Below, piece by piece: positions 57,770-64,000 of a DNA stretch of 64,000 nucleotides; the stretch's first letter is position 1, and each line of letters starts with the position of its first letter. The DNA lies in assembly GCA_963702475.1 (NCBI GenBank), contig CAVPCT010000004.1:256001-320000 (forward strand), in the 5' to 3' direction. A model generated the notes under the pieces. The model searched no databases, was not told the origin of the DNA, and saw only the letters and a program-made list of their open reading frames with translations. Source of the DNA: an uncultured Thermoleophilia bacterium. GTDB taxonomy: Bacteria; Actinomycetota; Thermoleophilia; UBA2241. The translations under genes were made by a program, and so were the position numbers.

Positions 57770-58750
57770 GTGAGCCAGCCTTCCCAGCAGCTCTGCGAGC
57801 CGCCGGACGGCGCCACCTTCCTCGGCGCCCCTCTGTGCCCGGACCCGGGCGGCGCGCCGCCGGGCTTCGCCTTCATCGGCGCGCCCTACGTGACGCCATA
57901 CGACGCCGGCGCCGACCCGCCGTTCGCGCCGGGCGTCGCGCCGGGGACGCCCGGCTCCTCGTCGTCGGCTCCCGCGGCGGTGCGCGCCGCCTCCGCGGTC
58001 TACGTGGCGGAGCTGGATCACTACGACTTCGACGTGGGCGGCGCGCTCGTCGAGCCCGGCTCGCCGCTCCCGCTCGTGGACTGCGGCGACGCGCGCTGCC
58101 GGGCGGACGACCCGGCCGGCAGCTCTGCGGCGATCACCGCGGTCACGCGTGCCGCGGTGTCGGCGGGCGCCGTGCCGCTGGTCGTCGGCGGCGACCACGC
58201 TGTGCCGTTCTTCGTTGTGCGCGGGCTGGACGACCACCTGCCCGTGCACGTTCTGCAGATCGACGCCCACCTCGACTATCGCGACGAGGTGTGCGGCGTG
58301 CGCGACGGCTACTCGAGCCCGATGCGGCGGCTGCGCGAGCTGGACAGGGTCGAGACCATCGCGCAGGTGGGCCTTCGCGACATCGGAAGCGCACGCCCGG
58401 AGGAAGTCGCGGCCGCCCAGGCCGCCGGCAATGTGCTCGTGCGCGCCGAGGATGTGCACGAGGTAGGTGTCGACCGTGTGGCCGCGCTCTTCCCGGAGGG
58501 CGGCCGCCTGTACATCACGGTCGACGTGGACGGTCTCGACCCGTCGTGCGCGCCCGGCGTGCTGTGGCCGGCGCCGGGCGGCCTGCACTTCTGGCAGGCG
58601 GCCCGGCTGGTCCGCACGCTGGCCATGCGCTGCCGGCTGGTCGGCATGGACGTGTGCGAGCTGGTGCCGGCGCGCGACCCGCAGGGCGTCTCCGCCCTGG
58701 TCGTCGCGCGCCTTCTCATGATCGCCATGGCCGCCACGCTGCGGCGGTAG
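57770..58750 (+). CDS. Ureohydrolase (agmatinase/arginase family)
   Basis: GGDH, DAHLD, DVDGLDP..APG and GG. Confidence 0.9.
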   Translation: MSQPSQQLCEPPDGATFLGAPLCPDPGGAPPGFAFIGAPYVTPYDAGADPPFAPGVAPGTPGSSSSAPAAVRAASAVYVAELDHYDFDVGGALVEPGSPLPLVDCGDARCRADDPAGSSAAITAVTRAAVSAGAVPLVVGGDHAVPFFVVRGLDDHLPVHVLQIDAHLDYRDEVCGVRDGYSSPMRRLRELDRVETIAQVGLRDIGSARPEEVAAAQAAGNVLVRAEDVHEVGVDRVAALFPEGGRLYITVDVDGLDPSCAPGVLWPAPGGLHFWQAARLVRTLAMRCRLVGMDVCELVPARDPQGVSALVVARLLMIAMAATLRR

Positions 58751-58795
58751 CCGACGGCCGGCGCGCCGCGCAGCCCTGGGCCTGGCGCGGGCGCA

Positions 58796-58825
58796 TTGAC
58801 GCAGAGTCCATGCCGGACGTAGGTT
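58796..58825 (+). promoter_or_regulatory. Leaderless sigma70-type promoter
   Basis: TTGACG-N18-TAGGTT, 6 nt before ATG 58832. Confidence 0.6.
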
Positions 58826-58831
58826 CCGAGC

Positions 58832-59461
58832 ATGAAGGACGCTCGCCTCCCCGCCTGGCTCGAGCCTCACGTGCCTCTGTGCGAGGCCGTAGCGGCGCTC
58901 TTCCATCCGCTCGTCGAGGTGACCGTCCACGACCTCCGTCGCGGCCGCCTGGTGACTTCGTGGAGCGGCGCGGGCCGCGGCAGCGCCGCGGCTCTCGCAC
59001 CCGCCCTGGCCGCCCTCGCCGTCGATCCGGCTTCGCGCGGCATCCTGGGACCTGTGGCGGCCGAGCTTCCCGGCGGCCGCGCCGGCACGGCTGTCGGCGT
59101 GGTCCTCGTCAATGCCAGAGGCGCGCCCCGCGGACTGCTGGCGATCACGTTCGACCGCTCGCCGCTCGACGACGCCGTCGCCCTGCTCGCAGGCTTCGCG
59201 GCGCCACCGGTACAGGGCGCGTTGGCGGCCGCGGGTCCAAGCGCCGGCTGGGACGAGCAGATCGTCGCGGTCGTCGTGGAGGAGTGCCGCGACAGGGGCT
59301 TTCGCCGGGACCGCCTCACGCGAGCGCAGCGAGCGGTCCTCGTGCGTGCCCTCGACGAGCGCGGCCTGTTCTCCACGCGGCATGCGGCGGCCCACGCGGC
59401 GAGGGCGCTCGGCGTCTCGCGGACCACGGTCTACGATCTGCTCAAAGAGGCGCGCTCATGA
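58832..59461 (+). CDS. YheO/DauR-like regulator (PAS_6 + HTH_22)
   Basis: LFHPLVEVTVHD, LDERGLF and LGVSRTTVY. Confidence 0.88.
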   Translation: MKDARLPAWLEPHVPLCEAVAALFHPLVEVTVHDLRRGRLVTSWSGAGRGSAAALAPALAALAVDPASRGILGPVAAELPGGRAGTAVGVVLVNARGAPRGLLAITFDRSPLDDAVALLAGFAAPPVQGALAAAGPSAGWDEQIVAVVVEECRDRGFRRDRLTRAQRAVLVRALDERGLFSTRHAAAHAARALGVSRTTVYDLLKEARS

Positions 59462-60606
59462 CCGCCCTGCGGACCTTCAGGCTGGAGGAGTACCTGGGCG
59501 CGTGGGAGTTCAAGGCGAGGTACCATCTCACGGCCTCGGACGCGCAGACCATGACGGTGGAAGACCTGCTTGCTCTGGGTGGCGACGCCGCGCGCGAGGC
59601 GTTCATGGCGTTGCCGCTCTCGTACACCGAGACCTGGGGCGGGAGAGAGGTCCGCGAGGCCATCGCTTCAAGCTACGAGCATGTGGACGAGGACTGCATC
59701 CTGACCTTCGCCGGCGCGGAGGAGGCGCTCTTCTGGGCCATGCAGGAGCTCGTCGGGCCGGGCGACCACGCGCTGGTCGCGGTGCCCTGTTACCAGTCGA
59801 TGGAGACCGTCACGCTCGCGACCGGCGCCGAGGTGACGCCACTGCTCCTGCGCCCCGAGAACGGCTGGGCGCTCGATATCCAGGAGGTCCACAGGCTCCT
59901 TCGCCCCAACACCAGGCTCATCGCCGTCAACTACCCGCACAATCCGACCGGCTACGTTCCCGATGAAGTGGACTTCTGCGAGCTGGCGGCGCTCTGCGAG
60001 GTGCGTGACATCCGACTGTTCTGCGACGAGGTCTACCGTGGCGTGGAGCTGGACCCCAACGTCACCATCTCGCAGGCCGCCGACATCTCTGAGACGGCGT
60101 TGTCGCTCAACGTGGTCTCCAAGTCCTACGGCCTGCCGGGTCTGCGCGTCGGGTGGCTGGCCTGCCGCGACCGCGACCTGCTCGCCCGCCTCGAGAAGCG
60201 CAAGCACTACACCACCATCTGCAACGCCGCGCCGGCCGAGTTCCTGGCGACCGTCGCCCTGCGGAACCGGGAGCGCATCTGGGAGCGCAACCGCGGCATC
60301 ATCGCCGCCAACGTGCCGCTGTTCGACGACTTCTTCGGGCGCTGGGCCGACGACATCGAATGGCAGCCTCCCATGGGCGGCTGCGTGTGCTTCCCGAGGT
60401 ACCGGGCGGGCGACGTGGAGGACTTCTGCGCCCGCCTGCTCGACGAAGAAGGCGTGCTGGTGCTGCCGGCGAGCATCTACCGCTCGGAGATCGCCGATGC
60501 GCCTGCGGACCGCTTCCGCGTAGGCATCGGCCGGCTCGGCCTCGACGAGGGCCTGGAGGCGTTCGACCGGTTCATGCGCAGGCACGCGGGCCACTCGCCG
60601 ACCTGA
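59458..60606 (+). CDS. PLP-dependent class I/II aminotransferase-fold enzyme
   Basis: NYPHNPTG, DEVY and SKSYGLPGLRVGW. ATGA overlap with the regulator. Confidence 0.9.
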   Translation: MTALRTFRLEEYLGAWEFKARYHLTASDAQTMTVEDLLALGGDAAREAFMALPLSYTETWGGREVREAIASSYEHVDEDCILTFAGAEEALFWAMQELVGPGDHALVAVPCYQSMETVTLATGAEVTPLLLRPENGWALDIQEVHRLLRPNTRLIAVNYPHNPTGYVPDEVDFCELAALCEVRDIRLFCDEVYRGVELDPNVTISQAADISETALSLNVVSKSYGLPGLRVGWLACRDRDLLARLEKRKHYTTICNAAPAEFLATVALRNRERIWERNRGIIAANVPLFDDFFGRWADDIEWQPPMGGCVCFPRYRAGDVEDFCARLLDEEGVLVLPASIYRSEIADAPADRFRVGIGRLGLDEGLEAFDRFMRRHAGHSPT

Positions 60607-60768
60607 CCTCGCGCCGCCGCCCGGCTCGCCGGCGCCGCCGCCGGGCCCGGGCCGCCTGTCCCCTCGGTCCCGCCCCAGTCCGTCGCCCCCGTCCTGCCGC
60701 CCGGGTGTACACTGGGCGCCTCGCCGCACGCTCCGTGACGCTCACACGACGCTGTAACTTCTCCCGCG

Positions 60769-61416
60769 ATGACGCCGTCTAACCCCCACAAGTGGGCTTC
60801 TCTGCCCGACCCGTCCCCCGCCGACCTGGCTCGGGCCGCGAGCGGCGACGCCCAGGCGTTCACCCTTATCGTGGAGCGGTACCAAGGCATGGTCTACTCG
60901 GTGGCCTACAACGTGCTCGGCAATCACACCGACGCCGAAGACGCGGCGCAGGAGGCCTTTCTGCGCTGCTACCGCAAGCTGCCGCAATACCGCGGCGAGG
61001 CCAGCTTCAGCACCTGGCTGTTCCGCCTCGCGCTCACGGCGGCGGTCGATTACCGGCGTCGCGAGAAGTCACGCCCGGAGCCGGTGGACGTGCCCGAGGT
61101 GTCCGGCGACGCCGCGGCAGAGCTCGGTCAGGCCCTCGACGCGGCCACCATCGTGGCCGCGCTCGCCGACCTGCCCGAGGACTACCGCGTCCCCACCGTG
61201 CTGCGCGACGTCTACGGCCTGCCCTACCAGGAGATCGCCGGCATCACCGGACGGCCTCTCGGTACCGTCAAGGTCATGGTGCACCGCGGGCGGGCGTCGC
61301 TGCGCCTCAAGCTGCGCGCCGGCGGGGCGCAGGCCGGCCCTGGTGTCGCCCGGCCGGCCGATCGCGCGCCGCGCCCGCCCTCGCCCGATCGGTCCAGCCC
61401 GCGAGAGGACGCCTGA
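60769..61416 (+). CDS. ECF RNA polymerase sigma factor
   Basis: DAEDAAQEAF, FSTWLFR and YQEIA..GTVKVMVHRGR. Start is uncertain. Confidence 0.93.
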   Translation: MTPSNPHKWASLPDPSPADLARAASGDAQAFTLIVERYQGMVYSVAYNVLGNHTDAEDAAQEAFLRCYRKLPQYRGEASFSTWLFRLALTAAVDYRRREKSRPEPVDVPEVSGDAAAELGQALDAATIVAALADLPEDYRVPTVLRDVYGLPYQEIAGITGRPLGTVKVMVHRGRASLRLKLRAGGAQAGPGVARPADRAPRPPSPDRSSPREDA

Positions 61417-61848
61417 ATGGACTGCAGCTACTTCCGCGAGCGCATCAACGAGTACGTGGACGGCGAGCTGGGCTACCTCGAGGTGGCCGAGCTCCAGGCC
61501 CACCTCAGCTTCTGCCCCGAGTGCGCCGCCGAGCTCGGCCAGGTGGGCGCGGTGCGCGGCGCGCTCGCCGGGTGGGGCCGGCTCGAGCTGGCGCCGCCGC
61601 CCGGATTCGCGCAGCGCCTCATGGCGGCGGTCGAGCGCGAGCCGGCGCCCGGCTCGCCGAGGCCCTTCGGGCAGCTCGTCGAGGACGTGCTCCAGAAGCT
61701 CGACGACGCCCTCGGGGCCGTCCCGCTGCCCGGCGGCCGCACCATCCCCGTCAAGAACCTCATCGGCTGGGGGCTGGCCACCACCGCCGTCATCATCGGC
61801 ATCGAGAGCGCACACGGCCGCCGCTCGAGGGAGCTGAAGCCGCTGTGA
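61417..61848 (+). CDS. Zinc-finger (zf-HC2) anti-sigma factor
   Basis: MDC..YVDGEL..HLSFCPEC and a short C-terminal hydrophobic segment. Confidence 0.9.
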   Translation: MDCSYFRERINEYVDGELGYLEVAELQAHLSFCPECAAELGQVGAVRGALAGWGRLELAPPPGFAQRLMAAVEREPAPGSPRPFGQLVEDVLQKLDDALGAVPLPGGRTIPVKNLIGWGLATTAVIIGIESAHGRRSRELKPL

Positions 61849-62327
61849 AGCTCGACCGCGCCCAGATAGAGGTGCTGTTGCCCCACCGCCCGCCGTTCCT
61901 GCTCGTGGATGAGGTCGTGGACGGCGAGCCCGGCGTGCGCTGCGTAGCGCTGCGCACGCTCAGGGACGAGGACTTCTGGTTCGCCGGGCACTTCCCCGAT
62001 AACCCGGTGATGCCCGGCGTTCTCATCGTCGAGGCCTTGGCGCAGGCGGCCACCATCGCCGCGGCCAGCGCCGCCCTCGAGGGCGGCGGCGAGGCGGCGA
62101 TGGCCGGCAAGATCGGCCTGTTCGCCGGCATCGACAAGGTGCGTTTCAAACGCGTCGTGAAGCCCGGCGACACCCTGCGTCTGGAGGCCGAGATCATCGT
62201 GTCCCGCGGTCCGGTCGGCAAGGCCGCCGTCAAGGCCACGGTCGCCGGCGATCTGGCGTGCCGCGGCGAGCTCATGTTCGCCATCGTCGACGCATCGGCC
62301 ATCGCCGCCGGTGAGGCCAGGCTGTGA
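61845..62327 (+). CDS. fabZ: 3-hydroxyacyl-ACP dehydratase
   Basis: LPHRPPFLLVD and FAGHFPDNPVMPGVLIVEA. Confidence 0.96.
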   Translation: MKLDRAQIEVLLPHRPPFLLVDEVVDGEPGVRCVALRTLRDEDFWFAGHFPDNPVMPGVLIVEALAQAATIAAASAALEGGGEAAMAGKIGLFAGIDKVRFKRVVKPGDTLRLEAEIIVSRGPVGKAAVKATVAGDLACRGELMFAIVDASAIAAGEARL

Positions 62328-63331
62328 TCGGCCTCCGCCGCGGTCTCGTACGCGGCGCGCGCATCAGCGCCCTGGGCGTGCACGTGCCCGAGCGCGTGAT
62401 GACCAATGCCGAGATCAGCACGTTCCTCGACACGTCCGACGAGTGGATCAGCACGCGCACCGGCATCCGCGAGCGTCGCATCGCGGCGCCTGACGAGGCT
62501 GCGAGCGACCTCGGGGACGTCGCCGCCCGCCGCTGCCTCGCGTCGGGCGGGCTCGATCCGGCGGAGCTCGACCTCGTCATCGTCACGACCATCTCGCCCG
62601 ACCACATCATGCCGGCAACGGCCTCGATCCTGGCGCACAAGATCGGCGCCACCAAGGCCGGCGCCTTCGACGTGCAGGCCGGCTGTACCGGCTTCGTGTA
62701 CGGCCTCGCCATCGCCACGGCGTTCGTGTCGGCCAACATCTACACGAACGTCCTCGTCGTTGGCGCAGAGGTCCTCAGCAAGATGGTCGACTGGACCGAC
62801 CGCAGTACCTGTGTGCTGTTCGGCGACGGCGCCGGCGCCGTGCTGGTGCAGCCCACCGACAACGGCAGCATCTTCAGCTTCGACCTGGGCAACGACGGCA
62901 GCGGCGCCCCCAACCTGCTCGTGCCGGCCGGCGGCAGCCGCATGCCGGCCACGTTCGAGACGGTGCGTGATCACGAACACGCGATGCACATGACCGGCAG
63001 CGAGGTGTTCAAGTTCGCCACGCGCACGGTGGCCGAGTCGTGCAAGAAGGTCCTCGACGACGCCGACATCACGGTCGAGGATGTCGACCTCTTCGTCCCG
63101 CACCAGGCCAACATCCGCATCATCGAGTCGGCCTCGCGCCGGCTCGGCATGCGCGAGGGCCAGGTGTTCGCGAACCTCGACCGCTACGGCAACACGTCGT
63201 GCGCGTCCATCCCCATCTGCCTGCACGAGGCCAGCGAGAGCGGCCGCCTCAAGAAGGGCGACACGCTGCTGCTCGCCGGATTCGGCGCCGGGCTCACATG
63301 GGGATCCTGCCTGACCAAGTGGGAGCTGTGA
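62324..63331 (+). CDS. fabH: Beta-ketoacyl-ACP synthase III
   Basis: TSDEWISTRTGI, AGCTGF, HQAN, GNTS and GFGAGLTWG. Confidence 0.97.
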   Translation: MIGLRRGLVRGARISALGVHVPERVMTNAEISTFLDTSDEWISTRTGIRERRIAAPDEAASDLGDVAARRCLASGGLDPAELDLVIVTTISPDHIMPATASILAHKIGATKAGAFDVQAGCTGFVYGLAIATAFVSANIYTNVLVVGAEVLSKMVDWTDRSTCVLFGDGAGAVLVQPTDNGSIFSFDLGNDGSGAPNLLVPAGGSRMPATFETVRDHEHAMHMTGSEVFKFATRTVAESCKKVLDDADITVEDVDLFVPHQANIRIIESASRRLGMREGQVFANLDRYGNTSCASIPICLHEASESGRLKKGDTLLLAGFGAGLTWGSCLTKWEL

Positions 63332-63410
63332 GGCGTCCCGGCGGGCGCACCCGTCCACGTTTCCGGGTAAGCAGGGTGAGGCACACATCGGCAACGTCCG
63401 GGAGGACGTC

Positions 63411-64000
63411 ATGAAGAAGCTCGCACTCATGTTCCCAGGCCAAGGGTCGCAGACCATCGGCATGGGCTGCGACCTGTGCGCCGCGTACCCGCAGATGCGG
63501 GAGACCTACGCCGACGCGTCGGACGTGCTGGAGTTCGACCTCGAGAGCATCTGCGCGGCGGGCCCGGCGGAGCGCCTGGCCCGCACCGACGTCACACAGC
63601 CGGCCCTTCTGGCCAACTCCATCGGCATCTTCCGCATCCTCAAGGAAGAGGGCCTTCGTTTCGACGCCGCCTTCGGCCACAGCCTCGGCGAGTACTCCGC
63701 GCTCGTTGCGACCGGCGCCATCTCGTTCGAGGACGGGCTGCGGCTGGTCAGGCGGCGCGGCCAGGAGATGCTGCGCGCCGCCGCAGCCGACCCCGGCGGC
63801 ATGGCCGCCGTCATCGGCCTCACCGACGACGAAGTCGAGGCCGTGTGCGCCGCTCTCGAGGGCGTCTGGCCGGCGAACTTCAACAGCCCCGGCCAGGTGG
63901 TGGTGAGCGGCGGCGCGGCGGCGCTGGATGCGTTCACCACCGCCGCCAAGGAGGCCGGCGCCCGCAAGGTCATCCCGCTGGTCGTGAGCGGCGCCTTTCA
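63411..64000 (+). CDS. fabD: Malonyl-CoA:ACP transacylase, partial
   Basis: FPGQGSQ, TQPA, GHSLGEY, N.SPGQ.V and VSGAF; runs off the window. Confidence 0.95.
   Translation, partial: MKKLALMFPGQGSQTIGMGCDLCAAYPQMRETYADASDVLEFDLESICAAGPAERLARTDVTQPALLANSIGIFRILKEEGLRFDAAFGHSLGEYSALVATGAISFEDGLRLVRRRGQEMLRAAAADPGGMAAVIGLTDDEVEAVCAALEGVWPANFNSPGQVVVSGGAAALDAFTTAAKEAGARKVIPLVVSGAF

Overview
High-GC bacterial chromosomal window. Leaderless TANNNT promoters, an actinobacterial-type parS and a DUF6421 protein, together with anaerobic catabolic genes, suggest an anaerobic deep-branching actinobacterium such as Thermoleophilia (inference). No mobile element, prophage or CRISPR array was seen. In order, it holds: a glycine riboswitch leading an aminotransferase-gcvT operon; trpS; an amidase/amidinotransferase/M20 deacylase cluster; a very close homologue of pyrogallol:phloroglucinol transhydroxylase (athL-bthL) beside tRNA-Ala(CGC), with a tandem IclR-type operator; a BldC/Xis-like HTH fused to about five GAF domains; a parS site; a partial lysine-fermentation operon (yheO-like, kamB, kamD, kamE, thiolase, kdd; no kamA/kamC/kce/kal); a radical SAM-RR-HK-htrA block; rsmG-parA-parB; a three-gene module of a surface prenyltransferase-repeat protein, MotA/TolQ and DUF2149 next to a polyprenol-linked glycosylation cluster; a degenerate GGDEF protein; transporters; and an ECF sigma/anti-sigma pair coupled to fabZ-fabH-fabD. 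The best candidates for an undescribed system are the Ton-like motor/surface-protein module and the HTH-GAF regulator. Several single-base indels suggest local assembly errors. All family calls come from motif recognition by eye; no searches were run.
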